A DNA stretch of 58,276 nt, taken from a virus. A program made the position numbers and the translations under genes. Where the stretch lies: IMG/VR virus record IMGVR_UViG_3300014202_000270. One strand, 5' to 3'. The notes beneath the pieces are model-generated. The model saw nothing but the letters and a program-made list of their open reading frames with translations, ran no database searches and was not told the origin of the DNA. This document shows positions 19,201 to 29,200 of this stretch, piece by piece (position 1 is the first letter of the stretch; every line of letters begins with the position of its first letter).

Positions 19201-19679
19201 TGTTAGATCAACAACGTAAGACAGTTAATCTTCCTACAAAATCTTTGCAAGAACGTGCTGCAGAAGCTGGCGCTAATCCATCAATGAAAACTCTTAAAGC
19301 TGATTTTGTAAAGAACCCTTTAACTGCTTCACAGTGGGCAGACATTGCTTATTCAGGAACTAATCTCGTAACTAACTTAAAGAATAGAGCTGATCAGGAA
19401 TTAGCTCAAGCTCAGATGTTAGAAAAAGAAACTGATCCTCTTAACTATACACCTAGTACTTTTGCTAATTTTGATGAAGGTATAAACATAAATACATACG
19501 ATCCTGCTAGAAACTACACTTCTTTTATGGGTCAACGTCAGCAGTTTAGCCCAGGTATTACATCTGGTTTTGGTAAATTTGGTGGTGTATTAAAGTATGG
19601 TGGTACATATGAAATGGATTTATCACCAGAAGAAATAGCATACATTCAGCAAATGGGTGGAACAATTGAATACATTTGA
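16221..19679 (+). CDS. Putative cargo protein with DUF3597-like and L,D-transpeptidase (YkuD-like) domains in a low-complexity scaffold
   Basis: TLYDIVKSKGLDPSFESRKK..YKGTYEQNIEL (17910-18045); VIVDK..FPVLTG..STPTGTY..AMH..GSYGCTN (18455-18975); poly-Q and GGY tracts. Confidence 0.7.
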   Translation: MLPEYTPGANLYDYAFYGNMQTDDNVNTFRYQVGGTPWQQQQQQQQQGGGGNEQLIEYIKMYSEITQQDPNDIYEKVSSMSQEDQQAALQEIVGTIQEYYTMQQSRQQNQMVDEQGQSMYGDEEEDEYAGPQKPIVSPTPDEIAGLEEEAEYDAAVEAATADYDEEYMYGGSKKRGRNKFTSQLKKAARGMAQEMVNTDSVPTGTSSYGGERLKKFVSGIQRNVANNMAEEAFNQSMDYFEQPEVMRYGGLPRYQGDTSGSQTTGNANTQTPQNITLTPEQFNQLLSRQYSNQGYNPGNYGGYGGYGGRGLGSLLHMFGAAPISNDWYMPRGYRMTNKSQKDLKDQLMLSGKIPLEASYLSNVEATKGFLGNIYNPRKVSMTFSRALPPINAPGSSTSTSVTPTAAQAPVSNTSARNNTQAAIGVPPLLNPKNVSTTQPVSFNKNYLGVPTEQYTPNLQQNPPISVTGLPVINGNPGVPTDSGVNSNQATPTPNPAIMDYMQQSLKLPQKVDISGVGPIDLNNQDEIDALNIREKNILQRSYNNNRSIQKTGYTNTNLFQKGGSTLYDIVKSKGLDPSFESRKKIFQGYFDEPYKGTYEQNIELRNKLLSGDIALINKKSNQTASAKSTKEQPVQESKIPSTIAANNQVVKNFPTGNNEIFKGSGYYGKEVSTNTTKQKVTSSKEVQQAKKQNIKEINKVKVETPPLLKRRNGIDYGIDFRNTGNSPFQGDGYYEDKDLRSNLESGVIVDKATGTINFVREGKIDQKFPVLTGLAGKNYETDPNANPYLVPYLKNNPAARSTPTGTYKMKYDKSVYGYPGYYQKPIAAFGKKAPNAKSLAMHIVYGAGAKPGYKWDPSHGDGAKPYYNPEEHQRRLERFSQPDNRFGSYGCTNFEPYSLECLTERFGTEGDTAVYIDSRNPEDKRFIENFPVAPPLKNRQNGGQLYLYRDGGLPTFQSTGEFVLPSLMEGETEVSSLRKTFGDINPMEEFDTSLLDQQRKTVNLPTKSLQERAAEAGANPSMKTLKADFVKNPLTASQWADIAYSGTNLVTNLKNRADQELAQAQMLEKETDPLNYTPSTFANFDEGININTYDPARNYTSFMGQRQQFSPGITSGFGKFGGVLKYGGTYEMDLSPEEIAYIQQMGGTIEYI

Positions 19680-19681
19680 TT

Positions 19682-22600
19682 ATGAAAGTTAGAGTAACAT
19701 TGCCTAAAGCACAATATGGAAATGAAGTTACCGCCAATGCTCGCCAGATGAGCATGTGGGGTGGGGCTGATGTAAATAAGTTTAAACAACCTAATTTACA
19801 AGAACGCAAAACACTAACTCGTGTTCCTCGTGAAGAAGCTAATCTTGAAGCAGAAGGTGGTGAAACTGTATTTGGAGATATTAACCAAGACAGTTTACCA
19901 GAATTCTACAAGATATCTGGACCACGACATTCAAGTGGTGGTGTACCTTTAAATCTTCCTGAGAACAGCTTTATCTTTTCGGACACGCGTGCTATGTTGA
20001 TAAAGGATCCTGATTTGTTAGCCTACTTTGGTATGCCTACAAAAAAGGGTAAGAATTCATATACGCCCGCGCAAATATCTGAGCATATCAATAAAAAGGG
20101 TAATGAGTTTCGTAAAGCACTCCAAGATAAAAACAGTGATACTTTACAGGTTCGTACTGCAGAGATGATGTTAAAGAACATCAATCTTAAACTCGGGGCT
20201 TTAGCACTAGCTCAAGAATCTATTAAAGGTTTCCCCCAAGGAATACCTGTGATTGCGATGCCTTATCTAGAGTCTAAAGGTATTAGTCCAGAAATGTTAA
20301 TACCACAAGGACAACCTGGTCAAGAGCAATTAGAAGAAACACCTGGAGAATCATACAACCAAGGCCCTATTCAAGAAGAGCCAGAAGCTCAACAAATGAT
20401 GGCGCCTGATCAAGAGATGATGGGTCAAGAGATGATGAGTCCAGAAATGATGCAAGGTGTATCACCGGAGATGATGATGATGTACGGTGGCTCATACTAT
20501 AATCCAGTAATGGAATATGGTGGTGTACCAAGAAATTATATGCGTGCCGGTGGACAAACAAACTCTCGTGTACGTATAACTCTACCAATATTTGATGACG
20601 GTGGTTCTACAGGAGATCCTACTACAGCTTATAATACTTGGAAAGATGAGTGGACAAAATATATTCTAAAGCATGAAAGAGATGCTGGCATGACTGGTGG
20701 TAAAGCAGCTACGCAAAATGATACGTCTTATCAAAATAACTATTCAGATAATAACTGGACAGGTAACAATAAGACTAGAATGAAAGAGCATATAACTAAA
20801 ACAGTAGATGAACTTAACACTTTAGGTGTAGATTATAACTCTTTACCACCTGAAATGCAAGTAAGACTTGTTGATTATAAATTTAACACCGGTAGATCAA
20901 TTAAAGATTTGGCTTTAGCTGCTAGCGGAAGTATAGATCCTACTACAATGGGTGGTACAGTTAAGGATGTACCAAACTTTGATTACAATTCTTTTCTAAC
21001 TAATCCTAGTAACATTACTAGAATTGATGATGCTAAAATTAATGGTGCGTATCAAACAGGAAAAAATGTAAAAGCTGAACCTGATGTGTATGTTAGAAAC
21101 TTTAAAGAAAACTTTGTTCCTAGATCTTTAATGTGGAATAATTTTGACTTTACAAGAAATGCGCCTAAGACAGATAAAACACCACGTGAGTTTTATATTG
21201 AAAATCAAAGCACTTATGATTACCGACCAACAATAGCAAAAGACGCATATGCTAAAAATAATCAAGCTACTGCTTTTGATAAAACTTTATCAGAGTATAC
21301 TCCTGTAACAACTCCAACTCCAGATCCAGCTTCAGGTACAAATCAAACTAAAACGGAAACTCAAACTGTACAAGCAAGTAAAGTTCCTGGGAATAATAAG
21401 CAATATCCAAAAGAATCAGACCCGGGATTTGATAAATCTAAACTGCAGGTTGGAGACATATATCAAACACAAGGTGGTAAGTTTAAAAAAGTTACCAGTC
21501 AACCAGCAAAGTTTGATGTAGATGAAAAGTCTGACCAGTTTACAAAGATTTTTAATAGTAATAAAGGCATTGCTCTTCAGTATCAAGAGTTAGAAAAAGC
21601 GTTTAATGATCCTGATGTAAAAGAAGAGTTTGTTCAAAAGTTTAAAGATGGTTTAGACAAGAATCAATACTTTGGTAAAAACATTACAGCGGCTCAAAAA
21701 GAGGCCCTTAAAAAGTTAGAACCTGATGATGTAGTCAAACAATTTCTAGAATTTGAAAAAGCTAATCTTGCTTTAGCTGCTCATAATTATGATGTTGCTG
21801 TGCAAGGTGAAACATCTAAAGACATTGACGCTAAACTAAGACAAATAGGTATTACGCCACCAAAAAACGATATGGGATTAGCACAACAGATGTCTTATAT
21901 TGCGTATAGAGATTTGTTACAAAGTCCATCTGAAAAAGTAAAACCAAAACTTGACAAGTTTAGTATTGAACAGCGTGGTAGATTCAACGAGAGTTTACAA
22001 GGTCAAGCTGCAGGTTCTATTTCTCAAGCAGATGCTGTTTTGGCTAATACTACTCGTGGTCAAATTGCTGGATATGATTTTGGTAAATATGGCGAGGAAG
22101 ACTTTACACCAGAACAACCTGTTAATGAAACAGTAACTCAAGATGAAACCAAACAAGATGTTACTACACAACCTCCTATGGTGGGCGGTGCTCCATGGTG
22201 GGCTCAAGATGAAGCAATAAATTTAGCTACCTTTGGAAGCTTATATAACATAAACAAACAGTTGCCTTTTGTGGCACCATACGAACCACCTCAAATGTTT
22301 GCATCATACATTGATCCAGATCGTCAAATAGCAGCTATCAATGAAGCTGCAGGACAAGCTGTTCAAGGATTAGCATCATATAGTGGACCACAAGCATTTT
22401 CTTCTAGGATGTCAGACTTACAAGGTAATGCCGCTAAAAGCATTGCTGATACTCTGGCCTCTGTTAATAACGCTAATCAAAACATCTATAACCAGGCAAA
22501 TCAAATAAATCTTAGTTTGCAAGATGCTGGCAGGAAAACTGCTGCTGATAGGGCAACCAGTATATTTGATAAGAACACTATTGCTAACCAACAGTTTGAA

Positions 22601-22960
22601 AACTCAAAAAATCAAGCTCGTCAGCAATATGTTCAGTCATATACTAATGCTATAACTAATGCTGCCAAGGCGCAGGCGTTGAATGCCCTTTATCCACAGT
22701 ATAGAGTAGATCCATCTACAGGTGGTATGATGTTTCCAACAGGTGTTGGTAAACCCTTTGATGGTTCTCAAACAGCATCTACATATGATTGGGATGAGGT
22801 TGCAAGAAGAAAAAATAAATTTAAGACTCAGTTTAATATAGATGATAATAAAGCTACTCAACTAGCAAAGGACGATTATGATCGTGAATATAAAACATCT
22901 TCTCAGCAACAGGGTATAGATCCTAATTACTTTACTCAATACAAAGGATTATTTAATTAA
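19682..22960 (+). CDS. crAss-like cargo protein 1 homologue with inserted lysozyme-like module
   Basis: ATG 19682 preferred to TTG 19676; ANLEAEGGE..GPRHSSGGVP..FIFSD N-terminal motif; ILKHE..LPPEMQVRLVDYKFNTG module; Q/N/A-rich helical C-terminus. Confidence 0.6.
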   Translation: MKVRVTLPKAQYGNEVTANARQMSMWGGADVNKFKQPNLQERKTLTRVPREEANLEAEGGETVFGDINQDSLPEFYKISGPRHSSGGVPLNLPENSFIFSDTRAMLIKDPDLLAYFGMPTKKGKNSYTPAQISEHINKKGNEFRKALQDKNSDTLQVRTAEMMLKNINLKLGALALAQESIKGFPQGIPVIAMPYLESKGISPEMLIPQGQPGQEQLEETPGESYNQGPIQEEPEAQQMMAPDQEMMGQEMMSPEMMQGVSPEMMMMYGGSYYNPVMEYGGVPRNYMRAGGQTNSRVRITLPIFDDGGSTGDPTTAYNTWKDEWTKYILKHERDAGMTGGKAATQNDTSYQNNYSDNNWTGNNKTRMKEHITKTVDELNTLGVDYNSLPPEMQVRLVDYKFNTGRSIKDLALAASGSIDPTTMGGTVKDVPNFDYNSFLTNPSNITRIDDAKINGAYQTGKNVKAEPDVYVRNFKENFVPRSLMWNNFDFTRNAPKTDKTPREFYIENQSTYDYRPTIAKDAYAKNNQATAFDKTLSEYTPVTTPTPDPASGTNQTKTETQTVQASKVPGNNKQYPKESDPGFDKSKLQVGDIYQTQGGKFKKVTSQPAKFDVDEKSDQFTKIFNSNKGIALQYQELEKAFNDPDVKEEFVQKFKDGLDKNQYFGKNITAAQKEALKKLEPDDVVKQFLEFEKANLALAAHNYDVAVQGETSKDIDAKLRQIGITPPKNDMGLAQQMSYIAYRDLLQSPSEKVKPKLDKFSIEQRGRFNESLQGQAAGSISQADAVLANTTRGQIAGYDFGKYGEEDFTPEQPVNETVTQDETKQDVTTQPPMVGGAPWWAQDEAINLATFGSLYNINKQLPFVAPYEPPQMFASYIDPDRQIAAINEAAGQAVQGLASYSGPQAFSSRMSDLQGNAAKSIADTLASVNNANQNIYNQANQINLSLQDAGRKTAADRATSIFDKNTIANQQFENSKNQARQQYVQSYTNAITNAAKAQALNALYPQYRVDPSTGGMMFPTGVGKPFDGSQTASTYDWDEVARRKNKFKTQFNIDDNKATQLAKDDYDREYKTSSQQQGIDPNYFTQYKGLFN

Positions 22961-22964
22961 AAAC

Positions 22965-25900
22965 ATGGCTACTTATTTACAAGGTGTAACAGATTATATT
23001 CCGCAGTATCAGCCTTTTCAGCCTGATTTTAATTTTTTTGCGGGTGTTATTCAGAAGAAACAGGATCAGTATGATAAAAACTGGTCTAAGTTAAATACTG
23101 TATACGGTAAGTTTTTAAATGCTCCATTAACCAGAGAGGATAATATTAAAAACAGGGATCAGTATTTTAAACAATCTGTTGCTGCTATACAAAAGATTAC
23201 GGGTATGGATTTGTCTTTGGATCAAAATGTCCAGCAAGCTCTTCAGGTTTTTTCACCCTTGTATAATGACAAAAGTCTTTTACATGACATGGGTTATACT
23301 AAAAAAGCCATGGAGAATTATTCCTCATTAGAGTCATTAAAGTCATGTGTTGGTGAAAACTGTCCAGGTAAATATTGGGAACCTGGTGCGCAGTACATAC
23401 AGTATAAAATGGAGGAGTATAAGAATGCTTCTGCAGATCAAGCCTTGTTAATGTCAGCACCAGAGGCTGTACCTATGATTAATGTAATGAATCGGGCTTA
23501 TGAGTTAGCAAAAGAGTTTAAACCTGTAATTCAAGAGACTCCTCAAGGAATGTACATTGTTACTAAAAAGAATGGTCAACTTGTACAGGTACCTTTATAC
23601 GAGCACTATAAAGCATTAATTGGTGAGGATCCTGCTGTTAAAAAAATGTATTCTGTAGAGGCATATGTAGAACGTGAAAACTTTGTACGTAATGCTGAGG
23701 CTCAGGGTGTATCTCGCGAAGAAGCTAACTCTATATATGCTAGAGAAAAATATGAAGGTTATCAATTAATGATTGATGATGCAAAGAAAAATGCTGAAAC
23801 TCAAGGCACATCTTTACAGAATCAGTTAGATCAGATTAATAATTTTCTTAAAAATCAACCTAATATTACAGAAAATCATCCACTTGTTCAAACAAAACAA
23901 AATCTTGAAGAACAGATACAGGTCAATGAAGTTAATCGTAGATCTGTAACACAGATTGCTGATGATATTAACGGTGGCTATAAAACTGTATTACCTTCTG
24001 GTATTTCATCTGGACAAACAGGGCCTCAATATACACCACAAGGTGCAGATGCAATAGTTGCTTACTATAAGATGAATCGTGATTTTCTAGATGCCGCTAT
24101 ACAAACATCTGCTCTTGGTGCTGAAATTAAAGTTAAAGCGAATGCTACTGCTTTAGCTAGAATGCGTGAAGCAGGTGCTAATGCTCGTGCTCAGTATAGA
24201 GAAGAACAAGCATGGAAAAGGTTAGAAAAAGAACAAGAGATTAAACAGCGTGAAAAACAGCAAGCGGTTCTAGACTTAAACATGTTACAAATAGGTACTG
24301 ATGAAATTCCTATGGAATTTCCTGATGAAAATAAACCTGAGCTTGATTATGCAAAAACTGTTACTGAAAGTGAAAGAACTGTTAAAAATACACAGATTGC
24401 TACTGTAAATAATGCAGTTAACTACTTAAATGAGGTTTCAAAAAGTAATACACAAGATGCTGCAACAGCTAAAGTCATTCTTAGTAAGATTAAACAAAAT
24501 CGTGAAGCAACTAAAACAACCGGTTTATTTGCAATAAATCCTGTATTAGAAGCAATTGATCCTTTAAAAGTTGGTAATGAGGGATTATTAAAAACTAAAC
24601 TTGGTGAACAGCTTGTACAATATGCTGAAAAACTTAGAAACATTGATCAAAGTATTAAATCAGCACAGGTTGATTTATCAAAAACTAAGGAGTTTAACAA
24701 AAGAGTTTTAGATGCTACAATGAGAGCATATCAAGAGTCAAGTAATAGTTGGATAGAAAATCTTGGAGAATCTTTATATACTGATTGGCAATCAAAAGAG
24801 AAGTATAATAAAGAACCTCGTCTTTTAGTTAAGGCTGTTGGTTGGTTATTAAAACCAAGTGAAGAAGATAAACAAGCTCGTGAGGCTCATTTTAATATGA
24901 TTAAACAAAGCATGCTTGATCCAGATGGTGGATTAAGAAGTCCTCAAGAGATGGCTAAAGATATGAATTTAAAGTTTGGAAAAGATCTTGTAGTAGAAGT
25001 TGATCAAGGTGTTATGCAAGCAAGATTTTCTGGACTAGGATCTTTAAGTAGAATTCCTAGCATTTCTGGCATAGTTAGGGCTTTATCCCCAGAGAAAGCT
25101 GCTGTTCAAACAGTGCTACGTAATGGAAAACTTATTCAAGTTCCTGTTACAGGAGGAATTGCTAATTTACCTTTTTCTGGAGATGACGGTATTAATCCAA
25201 CAAGAGTTTATTATAAAGGTCAGTTGATTTTTGAAGGAAAAACTAAGCTTACACCAGATAGAGATGAAAAGGGTGAACCTATCTATTTTGATGCAGATTT
25301 TGCAAGGAGAAACCCTAATGCTTCTAAAAACAAAGAATTTTTCTTTTTAACTACAGCGGATCAAGCTTTTAAAGCTTTAAATGCTACAGCTGCAGAAATG
25401 TCAGCTGATCCACAAATAGGATTAAAGATAAGTCCTAGCAGCCCTATGACTGCAGGCTTAGGTGTTTTTGGTACAAGTGTTGATGGTAAGCTTGCTGTAA
25501 ATAACTTTAAAATTGCAGGTGAGTATGAACAGACACCTACCAACATGAGCTATTTTCAAGCTTACCACACAGATATTAAATCTGCTTTAGTTAAAGTTGA
25601 CCAGCAGTTAAAAGGTGCACCAAAAATATCAATTGGTTATAATCCTAAAGAATTAGCTAATGAAAATGAGACAAAGATTATAAAAACTCTTGTTAGAGAG
25701 TTATATGATGAAGCTGTTGATCCTAAGAGTAAAAGTGCGTTTAATATATCACCTTTACTGCAAATAGGAGGTTCTGTTGATAAAAGAGGTTACTGGTTTA
25801 ATAACTTACCTGACGACGTTGTTAATAAAGCCATTACTTCTTTAGGTCTTAAAGTTGCAGACGTAGCTACTGTTAAGGAGAAGATTACCACCCAAGGTTT

Positions 25901-26285
25901 TACAATTTATGGAGATTCAGATGGTTTTACATCTGGTTTGTTTGATAGCTATAATATAGATCCACGATATAATATTTTTGCTAGTAATAAAGATGGTAAA
26001 GGGCGCCCATTTTATCAAGAAAATAATCGCCGTGGGGATGCAGAGTTAAACATACAGTTTGATCCCGTATATCAAGGTTATACGGCAACCGTTGATTATA
26101 CATTCTTTGATCCTATAAAACAGGTTTATAAAACTAATACTATTACTAATCCTGTTTTAGGAAACGTAGTTACAAACGGCGCTCAGTTTACCCAGCTTTT
26201 ACGAGAGTATGATGATATGATGAATAAAGTTACAATGGCAAACATAAAAGCAATTATCAGTCCTGAATCTGTAATACCTCAATAA
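22965..26285 (+). CDS. Putative cargo/ejection protein, function unknown
   Basis: 1106 aa helical; MATYLQGVTDYIPQYQPFQPDFNF..KQDQYD N-terminus; position between cargo 1 and the RNAP cluster. Confidence 0.55.
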   Translation: MATYLQGVTDYIPQYQPFQPDFNFFAGVIQKKQDQYDKNWSKLNTVYGKFLNAPLTREDNIKNRDQYFKQSVAAIQKITGMDLSLDQNVQQALQVFSPLYNDKSLLHDMGYTKKAMENYSSLESLKSCVGENCPGKYWEPGAQYIQYKMEEYKNASADQALLMSAPEAVPMINVMNRAYELAKEFKPVIQETPQGMYIVTKKNGQLVQVPLYEHYKALIGEDPAVKKMYSVEAYVERENFVRNAEAQGVSREEANSIYAREKYEGYQLMIDDAKKNAETQGTSLQNQLDQINNFLKNQPNITENHPLVQTKQNLEEQIQVNEVNRRSVTQIADDINGGYKTVLPSGISSGQTGPQYTPQGADAIVAYYKMNRDFLDAAIQTSALGAEIKVKANATALARMREAGANARAQYREEQAWKRLEKEQEIKQREKQQAVLDLNMLQIGTDEIPMEFPDENKPELDYAKTVTESERTVKNTQIATVNNAVNYLNEVSKSNTQDAATAKVILSKIKQNREATKTTGLFAINPVLEAIDPLKVGNEGLLKTKLGEQLVQYAEKLRNIDQSIKSAQVDLSKTKEFNKRVLDATMRAYQESSNSWIENLGESLYTDWQSKEKYNKEPRLLVKAVGWLLKPSEEDKQAREAHFNMIKQSMLDPDGGLRSPQEMAKDMNLKFGKDLVVEVDQGVMQARFSGLGSLSRIPSISGIVRALSPEKAAVQTVLRNGKLIQVPVTGGIANLPFSGDDGINPTRVYYKGQLIFEGKTKLTPDRDEKGEPIYFDADFARRNPNASKNKEFFFLTTADQAFKALNATAAEMSADPQIGLKISPSSPMTAGLGVFGTSVDGKLAVNNFKIAGEYEQTPTNMSYFQAYHTDIKSALVKVDQQLKGAPKISIGYNPKELANENETKIIKTLVRELYDEAVDPKSKSAFNISPLLQIGGSVDKRGYWFNNLPDDVVNKAITSLGLKVADVATVKEKITTQGFTIYGDSDGFTSGLFDSYNIDPRYNIFASNKDGKGRPFYQENNRRGDAELNIQFDPVYQGYTATVDYTFFDPIKQVYKTNTITNPVLGNVVTNGAQFTQLLREYDDMMNKVTMANIKAIISPESVIPQ

Positions 26286-26287
26286 CT

Positions 26288-29200
26288 ATGGCTGAGTTAC
26301 AAGAACCAAATGCTAATTTTGATCCATTAGCAGGTATTCAAAGAGATATTTTACCAAAAGATCCTGTATTACAAAGCGGTTATAATAATGCTATTGGTAG
26401 ACCTAATCCATATGCTACAACTGCGGATCCTTTAGCATCAGGAATAACATCTACATCAGGAGATCCAGCAACACTTTTTCAACAACAGTTACAACAAAAA
26501 GCTGATGCTGCAAACATTAATGCTGCTAGATCTCCAAGACTAGCATCTCTGTTTCAATATGGTGGTAAAGATTTATCTGGTCAATCTTTTGAAAGATACT
26601 ATGCATTAGGAGATGTAAAAAACAAACTGGGTTTCAATCCTTATAGAGATAACGAATCTGTGTACAATGCAAATACAAGTGTATTTGATGATTGGACCAG
26701 AATGATGACTAAAAGTTTTTTTCCATTAGCTAAACGTGGTGCCATTGATTCATTTATGGCTATCCCAGATTTATTGAGCTCAAGTAATAAAACTCTTGGT
26801 AATATTGATCAGGCTCGTGAGTATGAGAAAGCTACAGAGATGGGTTATTCATCCCGGGGAGGCATGCTATCAAGCCTATCTAATATACAAATGTCTTTTG
26901 CTTATACTGTTGGTATAGCGATGGAGTCATTAGCAGAAACTGCTGCTATTACGGCTGCAACTAGAGGACTAGGTACTGCACCTGCAGCTCTTCGTAGCGG
27001 TAGTAAAATAGTTAGTAGTGTTGGTGATATCTATGGTGCAATAAACAATACTCGTAAAGCGCTGCAGAATCTTTCTAAAAATCCCATGCGTGCTAAAACA
27101 TTCTGGAAAGCAGCGGGTAGTGATTTTGTAAACTTTGCTAACCCTTTGCGTCAAACAACAGAGGCATTTATGGATCTTAGAAAATCCAAGAATCTTACAT
27201 CTTTAGCTAAAGTAGCAACCACAGGTGGTGCATTTTTTAGAGATGTTAAAGAGTTATCTGTTGCTTTGTCTGAATCAAATCTAGAAGGTGGTTTTGCTAA
27301 CAATGAAGTTTACAAAAGTTTGTATGCTGAAGAGTTACAAAAAAATAACAATCAACCTTTATCTGATGCTAAGGTAAAAGAGATCTACACAAGTGCTGAA
27401 TCAGCTGGTCAAGAGACCGCGTGGTTAAACTGGCCGATTATATATCTAAGTAATCGTATGACTATTGGTAATGCCTTTAGAGGTTTTAAACCAATCAAAG
27501 AAATAAGCAACGCTTTTGCAGACAATGTAGTTAAAAGAAAAGGTGGTTATTTTGTTCTAAACGCTGCTGGTAAAGGTAAAAAACCAAGTATAGATTTTAT
27601 AAAAGATACTGTTCTACCTCCTCTAAAAGTTTTTACAAAACCTAGAGCATATCTTCGTAGTGCATTAAGATATGGTTCCTCTAACTTTATGGAAGGTTTC
27701 CAGGAAGTTTTTCAAGAAGCTGTTTCCTTGGGAGCAAAGAAGTATTACATAGAAGCTTTTAATAATCCTACGGCGGCAAATGCTCTTGCACATAGAGCTG
27801 CGTATTTACATGGAGCAAAAGAACAGTTAAGCAGTCAAGGTTTAGAAACATTTCTTTCTGGCTTCTTGATAGGTATGCATATGAAACCTATTAATGTCGG
27901 TATTGAAAAGGCGCCAATTGCTTATAACTATTTCTTTGATAAAGCTGAGTATGAAAATTATAAACTAGCAAGAGATAAATATGGTCCCGAGTTAGCAAAG
28001 ACATTGACTGAAATGATGCAGGATGTTGATGTAATGTTTGATAGTAGGTTCTTTAATACTGCAGCACAAGATGAGTTTGCAAAAGGTATGGATAATGCTC
28101 AGTTAAGAAATGACGAATGGCAACAGAAAAATGAGCGTGATGCAGCAAGAGCATCCGGGATATTAACTGCTATACAAACAGGAACACTTGATTACTATTT
28201 AGAAAACTTAGAGACTTTAGAAGAACTTGATGTAAAAGACATTGCTGATGCATATGGTGTAACTGAAGAGAAAGCTCAAAGTATGAAAGAGCAGGTACCA
28301 GAGTTTAAGAAAAAGGTTCAAGCTATTCAATCTAGATATAATTATGTGCTAGAAAACTTTGAAAAACCTGCAGAGGCATCAACTGAAGGTATGATTAAAG
28401 ATTCTCCAGAATATGTTTTAGCTAAACTTAGGGAGAAAGCTTATCATCATACTGTGTTTAATGCGGCATTCCACGGGGAACTTTTTGATGCTCAACTTGA
28501 GAGGAAGGAGGCCCTTTATAAAGAGGCCATGGATTTACACTCAGAAGTAAACAAAGGAAGTAATAGTTTATTCCAGATGATGTTTAATCCAGAAACAGCC
28601 TACAATGAAATAGATCTTTTAGAAAGTGAGATTGAGATACTAGAAGCATCAACTAAACCACAAGACAAGGAAACTCTAAAGAAAAAGAAAGAGTTGTTAT
28701 CAATGATATCTGGACCTGTTCTCTCTGAAGATACTAGTGCTGAAGATCTATTTGATAACATAATGGCATTCGGCGCATTTAATATTCCTGAAAATGTTTC
28801 AGTGATCAATCTTATTCAGATGTATAAAAGATATGATGATGTGTTTAAAGTAGCTTGGAAAAAACTTAAAAACAGTGATGCCTATAAAAATGCTGATGGT
28901 ACGACTAAGTTTAAGAAAATAAGAGATTTAAAGAAAAAATATGAGCAAAAAACTCAAGAACTAAGAGCTCGCATTCATACTAAGTCAAAGAACATTTTTA
29001 CTACACTTGCTACACAAGAAGGTGGGCGTTTATCAAATATAGAAGATGAGAAGCTTCAAAAGTTTTTAGGTAAACTTATAGATTATCATACTATAGAATC
29101 TAATTTGCGCAGCATACAACCATTCATTGATTCTTTCTTTGATCCGGCGGCTTTAAGTGAGCAGTATAATAGAAACTTTTTGATAATGCAGGATATGTAT

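Noticed and set aside
16333-20490. Poly-Q, GGY and QEMM/SPEMM microrepeats
   Set aside because: In-frame low-complexity linker expansions with mixed codons; no sign of phase variation
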